From NCBI GenBank assembly GCA_964409365.1, contig CAYPCX010000003.1:84577-148576 (forward strand): a stretch of 64,000 bases of DNA. The letters run 5' to 3'. How positions within the stretch are numbered: position 1 is the first letter of the stretch; each line of letters opens with the position of its first letter. The notes under the pieces were generated by a model that was given only the letters and a program-made list of their open reading frames with translations, was not told where the DNA came from and ran no database searches. Shown here one piece after another: positions 18,645-27,080 of the stretch. The position numbers and the translations under genes are program-made. The stretch comes from an uncultured Planctomycetia bacterium. Its GTDB lineage: Bacteria; Omnitrophota; Gorgyraeia; Tantalellales; Tantalellaceae.

Positions 18645-19043
18645 ATGAAGAAGATCGTGAGCGTGGTTCTGACGGTTCTCTTTATCACCGGCTTGAGCCT
18701 GCTTTCCGCGCAAGGGGCGCAGGAAGACTTCCAGACCCAGCTGGACAAACTGAACCAGCAGATGAAGGACGCGAGGGACAGCTACAAACAGCAGCAGAAA
18801 GATGTCGACCAGGCGACACTGAAGCAGATGAAAGCGCTCGACCCGAAAGACAAGGACGGCCGCAAAGCTCTCCTGGACCAGAAAAGAGCCGAAAAGAAAA
18901 AGATCGAGGAAGCTTACCAGGAAGAACAGAAATCGATACGGGAACAGGTAAAACAGCTGAAAGCGGCCAACAAGGGTGTCGTAAAAACCAAAGAAGGGGA
19001 CAAACCCGCAACGCCGGCGAAGAAAAAGGCCTGGACGCAATAA
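18645..19043 (+). CDS. Secreted coiled-coil K/E/Q-rich protein, unknown function
   Basis: Signal peptide; low-complexity helical sequence. Confidence 0.4.
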   Translation: MKKIVSVVLTVLFITGLSLLSAQGAQEDFQTQLDKLNQQMKDARDSYKQQQKDVDQATLKQMKALDPKDKDGRKALLDQKRAEKKKIEEAYQEEQKSIREQVKQLKAANKGVVKTKEGDKPATPAKKKAWTQ

Positions 19044-19160
19044 ATAAGCGTCAAACGCTTGATCGCCCGGACCGGGCACGTCCCACGGCGGAGCGGGGCC
19101 CGGTCCCGGCGTCCTATCTTATTGCTGCGCAACAAGTTATACTCCCCGTTTTTTTAATAA

Positions 19161-19189
19161 TTGCGCAATGTCGTATTTACGTTTATAAT
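19161..19189 (+). promoter_or_regulatory. Sigma-70-type promoter TTGCGC-N17-TATAAT
   Basis: Located ~30 nt upstream of the NMO/FabK-like start (19221). Confidence 0.45.
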
Positions 19190-19220
19190 ATGTGTCCGAC
19201 TTGTTTTTAAAAATAATATC

Positions 19221-20303
19221 ATGAAGAAAAAACTGAAACCTTTGATCATAGGAGACCTGGTGGTACCCGTACCCATAATCCAGGGGGGCATGGGTGTCAG
19301 GGTGTCCACATCGGCCCTGGCCAGCGCGGTAGCCAACTGCGGGGCCGCGGGCACGATAGCGAGCGTCGGCCTTCCTCCCGACACTGCGGAGAACAGGGCG
19401 GATGTCCCGAAATCCTGCAGGGAGCACCTCCAGATCGAGATCCGGAAAGCCCGTGAGCTCTCCGACGGCGTCATCGGCGTGAACATAATGGTCGCGCTGA
19501 GCAACTATGAGGACATCGTCCGGACGACCGTCAAAGAGGGCGCCGATTTTATAATCTCCGGGGCGGGACTTCCCCTGAGACTGCCCGAATACACGGAAGG
19601 ATCGACCATAAAACTCATACCTCTCATCTCGTCGGCCAGAGCCGCGGAGATAATATTCAAAACATGGACGAGGCGCTATGACCGACTGCCTGACGCCCTT
19701 GTCGTCGAAGGCCCGTTATCCGGCGGGCATATCGCGGCGCATTCCGTAGAGGACCTTAAAGCCGGCAGGCTGACCGATCTTGAGACCACGCTGAAAGAAG
19801 TGTTCGAGGTCGTCGACAAGTACGCGAAGCCGGCGGGAGCGGATATACCCGTTATAGCGGCAGGAGGCATATTCGACGGAAAGGACGTCGCCAGATTCCT
19901 GAAACTCGGCGCGAAAGGCGTGCAGATAGGTTCCAGGTTCGTGGCCACGCACGAATGTTCGGCCGCCAAGGAGTTCAAACAGCTGTACCTGGACTCCGAC
20001 GAGAAAGACCTCCTTTATATACAAAGCCCGGTCGGCATGCCGGCAAAAGTGATCAGGACAAAATTCATAGAAGAGATGCTTGCCGGCGGAAGACGGCCTA
20101 TCAGCTGCAATTACATATGCCTGCGGACCTGTGACCCCAACGCCGTTCCCTATTGCATAGCCAAAGCCCTTATAGACGCGGTGGAAGGCGATATTGATAA
20201 CGCGGTCGTATTCGCGAGCTCTTACATCGGCCGGATCGACAAGATCGTATCCGTGAAAGAGATGATCGACGAGATAACCCGCGAAGCGGCCGAACACCTT
20301 TAA
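19221..20303 (+). CDS. Nitronate monooxygenase / FabK-like FMN oxidoreductase (NPD family)
   Basis: IQGGMGV signature; TIM-barrel FMN family length (~360 aa). Start at internal Met MKKKLKP of ORF 19161. Confidence 0.75.
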   Translation: MKKKLKPLIIGDLVVPVPIIQGGMGVRVSTSALASAVANCGAAGTIASVGLPPDTAENRADVPKSCREHLQIEIRKARELSDGVIGVNIMVALSNYEDIVRTTVKEGADFIISGAGLPLRLPEYTEGSTIKLIPLISSARAAEIIFKTWTRRYDRLPDALVVEGPLSGGHIAAHSVEDLKAGRLTDLETTLKEVFEVVDKYAKPAGADIPVIAAGGIFDGKDVARFLKLGAKGVQIGSRFVATHECSAAKEFKQLYLDSDEKDLLYIQSPVGMPAKVIRTKFIEEMLAGGRRPISCNYICLRTCDPNAVPYCIAKALIDAVEGDIDNAVVFASSYIGRIDKIVSVKEMIDEITREAAEHL

Positions 20304-20329
20304 TTCTTTCAATACGGAAGGAGCGTGCA

Positions 20330-21295
20330 ATGAACATCACAGAGATCAAACCCGAAGAACTTAATCCCCAGCAGTTTATCGACGAACAGATAGATGAACT
20401 TTCGTCCACCGTAGGCGACGGCCTGGCCATAAACGCCCTCTCGGGCGGGGTGGATTCATCGGTGGTCACCATGCTCGGGCACAAGGCCCTCGGCAATAAG
20501 CTAAAAACGTATTTCATCGACAGCGGCCTCATGAGGCAGGACGAACCCCGGCAGGTCCGGAGCTGGTTCGCCGAACTGGACGTCCCTGTAGAAATAATAG
20601 ACGCGAAAGACGATTTCTTCGGCGCCCTGAAGGGCCTGACCGACCCCGAGGAGAAAAGGGAAGCCATCACACAGACCTTTTACAAGAAGGTGTTCGGCAA
20701 ACTGGTCCGGGAAAGCGGCGCGAAATACCTGCTCCAGGGCACGAACTACACCGACGTGGAAGAGACCGTGGCCGGCATAAAGCGGCAGCACAACATACTC
20801 GAACAGCTCGGCATAGACACCCGGAAAGCGTTCGGTTACCATGTCCTCGAACCGGTCCTCCGGCTGAGAAAGACCGGCATCCGGCGCCTCGGCGAAGCGC
20901 TCGGCCTCCAGAAAGAAATTTACACCAGGCCTCCGTTCCCGGGGCCGGCCCTATCGGCACGCGTGATCGGCGAGGTCACCCGCCAGAGGGTAGAGACAGT
21001 GAGGCAGGCAACGGTCATCGTGGAAAAAGAACTGGCGCCGATAGGCGCGTTCCAGTACTTCGCCATACTTCACCGGGACCGCGTGACCGGCATGAGGGAA
21101 GGCAAAAGGGACTACGGGTTGCAGATAGAGGTCCGCTGCTGGGATTCCAAGGACGCCATAACCGCTGCCCCGACGAACGTGCCGTTCCAGACGCTCCGGA
21201 AGATCGCGGACGAAATAACCCGCAACGTGCCCGGCGTGGTCAGCGTGACCTATAATATCGCCACCAAGCCGCCGTCAACCATAGAGGTCGTCTAA
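20330..21295 (+). CDS. GMP synthase PP-loop ATP-pyrophosphatase domain protein (GuaA C-terminal / subunit-B type), no GATase domain
   Basis: PP-loop SGGVDSSV; FIDSGLMRQDE (cf. GuaA FVDNGLLRLNE); LLQGTNYTD; C-terminal KPPSTIEVV (GuaA KPPgTIE). Confidence 0.75.
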   Translation: MNITEIKPEELNPQQFIDEQIDELSSTVGDGLAINALSGGVDSSVVTMLGHKALGNKLKTYFIDSGLMRQDEPRQVRSWFAELDVPVEIIDAKDDFFGALKGLTDPEEKREAITQTFYKKVFGKLVRESGAKYLLQGTNYTDVEETVAGIKRQHNILEQLGIDTRKAFGYHVLEPVLRLRKTGIRRLGEALGLQKEIYTRPPFPGPALSARVIGEVTRQRVETVRQATVIVEKELAPIGAFQYFAILHRDRVTGMREGKRDYGLQIEVRCWDSKDAITAAPTNVPFQTLRKIADEITRNVPGVVSVTYNIATKPPSTIEVV

Positions 21296-21320
21296 AGGCG
21301 AGACGTTCATAACAAACGTC

Positions 21321-22223
21321 ATGTATAAGAAAATATCCCCGAAAAACTTAACACTGTTCGCGATCGGGATCATTTTCATATCCGCAGGCACGGCTCTGGT
21401 CGTTTTCCTTTCTTACAGACACGGGGCCGGATCGGCCGTCGAACCGGCGCGGCGCGAACTGAAAGAACCGCTCCCGGCTGAAAGCCAAAATACCAAAAAA
21501 GAGGAAACACAGGCTAAAGGACCCGCCCTGACAGCGCACCCCGAAAAGGTCTTCATCGTACTGAACAACGGTGGCGAACTAAGGGGCGTCATAGAGCGCC
21601 AGACAGGGGAAAGCATAGCCTTGAATATCGGAGGAGGCACCGTTCTTCTGAACAAGAGCGACGTGAAAAGCCTTACCCCGCTCCCGGCGGATGAAACGGG
21701 CACCATCGTGTCGAACTCCTCGATCAGCGAGGAAGAGAGAAAAAAACAGCTGGATGAAATAAACGAACGGGACCGGATATACGCGGAGTGGAAAGAAAGC
21801 GTCGCCGAGTACGATCGCACTCAGAAAGAATACCGTGTGCCGTTCCGCGACAGGTCACGGATCATCGTCGACGTCATGCTGGACGATAAGGTGAAGACCA
21901 GGATGATAGTGGACACGGGCGCGCCCCTGGTATACATCCCCAGAAAAATAGCCATATTATTGCCGGATATAAACAGCAGGATAGGAAAACTCGAGCATAA
22001 GTTCATGTGGCCCGACGGGACCGTCTCGGAAGGGAACAGGGTGATCCTGAGGTCCGTCAAAATAGGGCCCGACATAGAAGCGAGGAACGTCGAAGCCATC
22101 GTCTATGACATAAAGAACCTCGACCACAAACACGCGGCCGGCCTTTTGGGCATGTCCTTCCTGGGCCAGTTCAATCTTACCGTGGACGCCCAGGAAAAAG
22201 AACTGGTGTTCCGGGAAAAATAG
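21321..22223 (+). CDS. Membrane-anchored retropepsin-like (clan AA) aspartic protease
   Basis: N-terminal TM; catalytic motif MIVDTGAPLVYIP (D-T-G-A); C-terminal GLLGMSFL. Confidence 0.6.
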   Translation: MYKKISPKNLTLFAIGIIFISAGTALVVFLSYRHGAGSAVEPARRELKEPLPAESQNTKKEETQAKGPALTAHPEKVFIVLNNGGELRGVIERQTGESIALNIGGGTVLLNKSDVKSLTPLPADETGTIVSNSSISEEERKKQLDEINERDRIYAEWKESVAEYDRTQKEYRVPFRDRSRIIVDVMLDDKVKTRMIVDTGAPLVYIPRKIAILLPDINSRIGKLEHKFMWPDGTVSEGNRVILRSVKIGPDIEARNVEAIVYDIKNLDHKHAAGLLGMSFLGQFNLTVDAQEKELVFREK

Positions 22224-22224
22224 C

Positions 22225-23097
22225 ATGCGCGGAGTGACCTACAAAGTGGATCTTTGCCCCGGGGACGACGACCCGGGAAAAGCCGAGATCCTGCGGACCG
22301 TTCTCCTGGGCGCCGGGGTCCCGCCCGAAAGAACAGCCGAACTTTACCGCGACGGAAGGGTCCATCTCTCGTTCTACACGAAAAAGCGTACCAGAGCCCG
22401 GTCCCTGGCATCAAAGCTCAGAAGGTCCGGACTGAAGGGGATAACGGTAAAAGGCGCCTCCCTCAAAGATTCGGACTGGAAAACAAAATGGAAAAAGACC
22501 TACAAGCCTTTCATGCTCACCCGTAACATCCTCGTGATCCCCGCGCGATTCAAGGATACATGTAAAAAGAAAGCGAAAAAATGCGTCTCTATCGACACCG
22601 CGCTGGCCTTCGGTACGGGGCTGCATTTTACCACCAGGTCCATGGCCGAGTTCATCGAGATGGAAGAGGGCAGGTTCGATGACTTTTTCGATGCCGGCAC
22701 GGGATCGGGAATACTTTCCATCATAGCCCGGAAGAGCGGGGCCCGGCGCGTATGGGGTATAGATATCGATAAGGAAGCCGTAAAGGCCGCGAGGAAGAAC
22801 CTTAAAGAGAACAGCTGCGGGGAGGGGTCCGTCAAACAGATGGATCTCAGGAGCTTCCCCGAAGGAGATGCCTTCGACTTCGTGGCGGCCAATATCAACA
22901 CGAGGACGCTTCTTGCTAACCGGGGCAAGCTCATAGCACTTACGCGCCCCGGTAAATACCTGGCCGTATCGGGTGTAGCCGTTGAGAATTACGGGGAATT
23001 CCGCAGAAAATTCGACACAAAACGCCTCCGCTGCCTTAGGGTAAAAAAGGACAGGGAATGGACCGCGGTCCTTTACAAACGCACCTGGCGGGGTTAA
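22225..23097 (+). CDS. prmA: Ribosomal protein L11 methyltransferase
   Basis: IDTALAFGTGLHFTT, DAGTGSGILSIIA, GIDIDKEAVKAARKN match PrmA motifs. Confidence 0.8.
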   Translation: MRGVTYKVDLCPGDDDPGKAEILRTVLLGAGVPPERTAELYRDGRVHLSFYTKKRTRARSLASKLRRSGLKGITVKGASLKDSDWKTKWKKTYKPFMLTRNILVIPARFKDTCKKKAKKCVSIDTALAFGTGLHFTTRSMAEFIEMEEGRFDDFFDAGTGSGILSIIARKSGARRVWGIDIDKEAVKAARKNLKENSCGEGSVKQMDLRSFPEGDAFDFVAANINTRTLLANRGKLIALTRPGKYLAVSGVAVENYGEFRRKFDTKRLRCLRVKKDREWTAVLYKRTWRG

Positions 23098-23110
23098 AAT
23101 ATCGGATACC

Positions 23111-24868
23111 ATGCAGAAAAGCGTAGTTACGAATAAGTATTCACTGGTCGACAGCCTGCCTGTATTCTCGGACCTGTCCCTTTTCCAAAAGATACTGGTG
23201 GCTTCAAGCTGCCACGTCGTTGAGTTCGAAAAAGGCGAGCACGTTTACGAAGAAGGCGACGCTCCCGACCATTTTTTCTGCGTGGTAAGCGGTAGGGTCG
23301 AGATATACCATCCCGCCGGCAAGACACGGACCGGCAGGAAGTTCATGCTCGAAGTTATCCGAAAAGGCGATTATTTCGGCCTGATATCCTCGCTGACGGG
23401 TAAACCCCATACCGTAAGCGCCCGGGCGCTCAACGATTCCGTGGTGCTCAGGATAAACAACAGGAATTTCAGCCGCATACTGAACAAGATTCCGGCCCTT
23501 GCGATAAAACTGAGCCGTTCCCTTTCCAGGAGGCTGGGCCGGAAACCTTTCAAGGAAATATTCGAAAGCCGGATAATCTCCGTTTATGGCATGACCGCCC
23601 CAGAAGACGCCGCCTTTTACGCCCGGAGCCTGGCGGAAAGCGTTAAAAAGGAATCCGGTAAAAAAGCGCTGGTCATACGGTCGACCTCGTTCTCAAAAGA
23701 AAAAGAGGTCTCTTCCAGGTTAAGCGCCCTTACGGGTGACCACCACTATATAATAGCGGATATATTCCCCGGCGACAGGAAAATAGACCTGGAGATCATC
23801 AGGCAATCCGACGCCTGCCATATCCTTAGCGCTTCCGATAAGGCCTCGCTCACGAGGACCGCGTCCTTTGTCAAACAGGCGGAAAAGCTCTTTGTAAAAC
23901 ATTCCGATCAAGCTGCCCTGGTCATATTGAAAGAGGACCGTCATTATCCGGACCTCTCTTATGAGGAAAAGGTCAAAGCGCTCTCAAAAGAAGTGTTCGC
24001 CACGCTTCCCGGACGCGGAGCAGTGTACAAAAAAGCGGTGCGCCGTATAGCCAGGGAGGTTTCCGGGGTGCGGGTGGGGCTTGCCCTGGGCGCGGGCGGC
24101 GCTATGGGCCTCGCCCACATCGGCGTCCTCAAGGTGCTGGAAAAAGAAAAAGTGCCCGTCGATATCGTCGCGGGCTGCAGTATCGGGGCGTTCATAGCGG
24201 CGTTATGGGCCGCAGGTTCCTCCGCCGCGGAGATCGAAAAACTCGTGTGCGGTTTTGACACCAGGCTCAAGACCCTCTTCTTGCTCGACCCGACCCTGCC
24301 CCTGCGGGGGCTCATAAAGGGAAAAGCGGTCAGGAAGGTACTGGAAAGATATCTGGGGGACAAGACCTTCTTCGACACGACCCTGCCCCTGAAAATAGTG
24401 ACATGCGACATAAAGACCAGGGAGAAATTCGTGATAGATTCCGGAAGCCTCGTGGACGCTGTAATGGCCAGCATAGCGATACCCGGGGTCTTCGAGCCGG
24501 TGCCCTTCGGCGGCACACAGCTCGTCGACGGGGGGATCGTCGATCCTTTACCGGTAAGCGTGTTATCAAGGGCAGGCATCAAGAAGGTGGTCGCCGTGAA
24601 CACGCTGCCTTCCCCGGAAGAGATGGCCGTCACGAGCCCCAGGAGTCTTAATCTCTATAACGTGATAGTGAACAGCTTTCATGCCGCCGAATACACCATG
24701 GCCGTCAACTCATGCCAGCAGGCGGACGTATACCTGCATCCCGTACTCGGGACCGCGGACTGGCACGAGTTCCATAAGGCGCGGCTGTTCATCCGGACAG
24801 GCCGCAACGAAGCGGTACGTATGCTGCCGCAGATCAAAGACCTCGCAAGGCAGAAACCCTGCGCTTAA
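23111..24868 (+). CDS. Cyclic-nucleotide-binding domain fused to patatin-like phospholipase (NTE-like)
   Basis: N-terminal cNMP-binding fold (EGDAPDHFFCVVSGRVEI); patatin motifs GLALGAGGAMGLAHIGVL (GxGxxG), GCSIG (GxSxG), DGG (VDGGIVD). Confidence 0.8.
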   Translation: MQKSVVTNKYSLVDSLPVFSDLSLFQKILVASSCHVVEFEKGEHVYEEGDAPDHFFCVVSGRVEIYHPAGKTRTGRKFMLEVIRKGDYFGLISSLTGKPHTVSARALNDSVVLRINNRNFSRILNKIPALAIKLSRSLSRRLGRKPFKEIFESRIISVYGMTAPEDAAFYARSLAESVKKESGKKALVIRSTSFSKEKEVSSRLSALTGDHHYIIADIFPGDRKIDLEIIRQSDACHILSASDKASLTRTASFVKQAEKLFVKHSDQAALVILKEDRHYPDLSYEEKVKALSKEVFATLPGRGAVYKKAVRRIAREVSGVRVGLALGAGGAMGLAHIGVLKVLEKEKVPVDIVAGCSIGAFIAALWAAGSSAAEIEKLVCGFDTRLKTLFLLDPTLPLRGLIKGKAVRKVLERYLGDKTFFDTTLPLKIVTCDIKTREKFVIDSGSLVDAVMASIAIPGVFEPVPFGGTQLVDGGIVDPLPVSVLSRAGIKKVVAVNTLPSPEEMAVTSPRSLNLYNVIVNSFHAAEYTMAVNSCQQADVYLHPVLGTADWHEFHKARLFIRTGRNEAVRMLPQIKDLARQKPCA

Positions 24869-24898
24869 CGGTGCGGGATCAACCAAAAAGGGGTACAA

Positions 24899-25525
24899 AT
24901 GAAGATAATAGCTGTCAGCGGAACCTACAGGAAGGGCAAGACCATCGACACACTGATAGATAAAGCTATCGAAGGCGTCAAACAGGTCGACCCTTCGGTG
25001 GAGGTCGAAAAGATCCAGCTCATCGATAAGGATATAAAATACTGCACCAATTGCGCCGCGTGTAAGACCGTTGACCCCGCCGAACCCATATCCAGATGCA
25101 TTATACAGGATGACATGCAAAAGATCTGCCAGAAGTTGGTCGAAGCGGACGGGTACATACTGGGAACTCCCATAAACTGCGGCACGGTGACCGCCGTCTG
25201 GAAGGCGTTCTATGAACGCGCGGCCTGGATCCTGGCGAAACCGGGCACCAAACCCGTCAAGGGATGCCCGGCCCCGCGCACCGACAAGAAAAGAGCGGCG
25301 ATGTTCATATTGAGCGCCGGGCTTGTACCGCCGATCCTGAGGTGCTTCTGTGACGACGCGACAAGGCTCCTCAAGGATCTCTGCGAATGCTGCCTCAACG
25401 CGAAGGTAACGGGGAACATGTACGCCGGCGCACTCGAAAAAAGAGGCATGTCCTATTATTTTGACCAGGCCCGCAAGGACGGCGAAAAACTCGCCCGGGC
25501 CCTGACGTCACAAAATATAGGTTGA
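24899..25525 (+). CDS. Flavodoxin-like-fold NAD(P)H-dependent FMN reductase family protein
   Basis: MKIIAVSGTYRKGKT N-terminus; ~200 aa. Confidence 0.55.
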   Translation: MKIIAVSGTYRKGKTIDTLIDKAIEGVKQVDPSVEVEKIQLIDKDIKYCTNCAACKTVDPAEPISRCIIQDDMQKICQKLVEADGYILGTPINCGTVTAVWKAFYERAAWILAKPGTKPVKGCPAPRTDKKRAAMFILSAGLVPPILRCFCDDATRLLKDLCECCLNAKVTGNMYAGALEKRGMSYYFDQARKDGEKLARALTSQNIG

Positions 25526-25549
25526 CACGGACAAAAGATAGTGTATAAT
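25522..25549 (+). promoter_or_regulatory. Near-consensus sigma-70 promoter TTGACA-N16-TATAAT (cold-shock gene promoter)
   Basis: TTGACA 25522-27, TATAAT 25544-49; ~135-nt leader to csp start. Confidence 0.6.
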
Positions 25550-25591
25550 AACCATGAACACAGTAGTAGTAAATAAAGGAGTAAAGTTTTG

Positions 25592-25634
25592 AACCACAAG
25601 GTTGAGAATGTAGCGCCTTGTGGTTTTTTAATTT
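25592..25634 (+). other. Stable hairpin + U-tract inside the csp 5' leader (attenuator or sRNA-terminator-like)
   Basis: AACCACAAGG-14 nt loop-CCTTGTGGTT followed by TTTTAATTT; lies between the promoter and the csp start codon. Confidence 0.45.
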
Positions 25635-25683
25635 CTGCCGTTATTTACTATGACACAAGAGCAAGAAAGGAGGGTAGTAAGTA

Positions 25684-25884
25684 ATGGCAAAAGGAACAGT
25701 AAAATGGTTCAATAACCAGAAGGGTTATGGATTTATTACTCCTGAGTCGGGCGAAGATGTATTCGTACATCACAGCGCGATACAGAGCGAAGGCTTTAAG
25801 TCTTTGGATGAAGGCCAGGCGGTTGAATTCGATATTCAGCAGGGCCCCAAGGGCGCGCAGGCCGTCAACGTAGTAAAACTGTAA
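25684..25884 (+). CDS. csp: Cold-shock protein (CspA family)
   Basis: [15 protein letters not shown] (RNP1) and VFVHHSAI (RNP2); 66 aa. Confidence 0.95.
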   Translation: MAKGTVKWFNNQKGYGFITPESGEDVFVHHSAIQSEGFKSLDEGQAVEFDIQQGPKGAQAVNVVKL

Positions 25885-25892
25885 CACAAAGA

Positions 25893-25922
25893 GCAGGGCC
25901 CGGCAGAAATGCCGGGCCCTGC
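25893..25922 (+). terminator. Weak terminator/attenuator hairpin after csp
   Basis: GCAGGGCCCGGC-AGAAAT-GCCGGGCCCTGC, short T tail. Confidence 0.45.
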
Positions 25923-25938
25923 TTCAAAAGGAGCTACA

Positions 25939-26205
25939 ATGCGAGAGAAGAAGCTTTTCGTCGGAAATCTCAGCTATTCCACCGAGGAAAGTGATCTGAG
26001 AGATCTGTTCGCCCAGCATGGCAAGGTAGAGAGCGTCAACATAATTCCGAACAAAGGTTTCGGGTTTGTCGAGATGTCCAGCTCTTCCGAAGCGGAAGCC
26101 GCTAAGAACGCTTTAAACCTGACCCAGGTGGGAGGACGCAACATAAATGTCAATGAAGCCCGCCCGATGAAACCCAAACCGAGGCGTGAATTCAGGCGAT
26201 ATTAA
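25939..26205 (+). CDS. RRM-type RNA-binding protein
   Basis: RNP-2 LFVGNLSY and RNP-1 KGFGFVEM; start at internal Met (SD AAGGAG) of ORF 25909. Confidence 0.85.
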   Translation: MREKKLFVGNLSYSTEESDLRDLFAQHGKVESVNIIPNKGFGFVEMSSSSEAEAAKNALNLTQVGGRNINVNEARPMKPKPRREFRRY

Positions 26206-26223
26206 CAGTACGGAAAGATCGGT

Positions 26224-26258
26224 AACCCCCAGGGCTAATACCCCCGGGGGTTTTTTTG
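26224..26258 (+). terminator. Rho-independent terminator (C5/G5 hairpin + T7)
   Basis: ACCCCCAGGGCTAATACCCCCGGGGG TTTTTTT. Confidence 0.7.
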
Positions 26259-26293
26259 TTTTCGTTCCCGAGTGTCGAAGATATAATTGATCA

Positions 26294-27019
26294 ATGACGA
26301 TCCCGTTCCATAGAATACCCGCAACGAACCGTTTCGCGGTTGCCATTGCCGCGATTCTTATCCCTCTCGCGCTCCTGGCCTTCGGCGTGTACGGCACTTT
26401 TTCTTTTACGTTCTCGATCCCCCTGATCTGGCAGTTCTGCTTTCTGGGAGAGGGAATAAACTCTCTCGGCCTCAAAAGGAGGTCTTTCTGGCCTTCCGCA
26501 GCAACGGGCATACTAACGGGCATCGTCCTCGCTGTTTCGGGAGGATTTATCCTGAAGGCCCTGGGAATGACGGGTTATTCCCTGGACAAGGTCCACGAAT
26601 TGAACAGTTTCCTCCGTTCCTTCGGGATAAAGATCACGTTCATGGGGGAGGCGGGATTCAAGCTTCTCTCGGCGGGGAATGAACTGAATTGGGTCCTGTT
26701 GTCCCTGATATACTGTGTGCTCCTCGTCGGGCTGGGCGAGGAGATATTCTGGAGGGGGTTCATCCAGCGGAAGATATCAAGAACTTTACCCGTGCCTGCC
26801 TCCATATGGGTAACAGCGGTCCTGTTCGCCCTGGTGCACAGCTACCTGTTCTTCATCATCCCTTTCAAAGAGGGACTTATTTTCCTGGGGCTCATAACCC
26901 TGGCCGGAGCGTTCTGGGGGTACCTGTATGAATACTTCGGCAACATCTGGGGGCCGGCCTTTTCCCACGGTATCATCGCTTTCATCGTGTGGAGATACTT
27001 CGTGTTCTCGACCGTTTAG
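26294..27019 (+). CDS. CPBP-family intramembrane metalloprotease (CAAX-protease/Abi-like)
   Basis: Motif 1 EEIFWRGF (EExxxR), motif 2 FALVH (FxxxH), third His-containing helix; 6-7 TM. Confidence 0.75.
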   Translation: MTIPFHRIPATNRFAVAIAAILIPLALLAFGVYGTFSFTFSIPLIWQFCFLGEGINSLGLKRRSFWPSAATGILTGIVLAVSGGFILKALGMTGYSLDKVHELNSFLRSFGIKITFMGEAGFKLLSAGNELNWVLLSLIYCVLLVGLGEEIFWRGFIQRKISRTLPVPASIWVTAVLFALVHSYLFFIIPFKEGLIFLGLITLAGAFWGYLYEYFGNIWGPAFSHGIIAFIVWRYFVFSTV

Positions 27020-27080
27020 AACTGGAAAAGGAGAACCTTTAGGTGTAAAATTAAACAAAACGATCCAAAAAGGAGACAAC

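Noticed and set aside
19044-19160. GC-rich imperfect hairpin (19060-19108) plus T7 run (19150-19156) as terminator of the coiled-coil gene
   Set aside because: Stem is interrupted and separated from the T-run by ~40 nt. Possibly a terminator, but not supportable as a clean intrinsic terminator.
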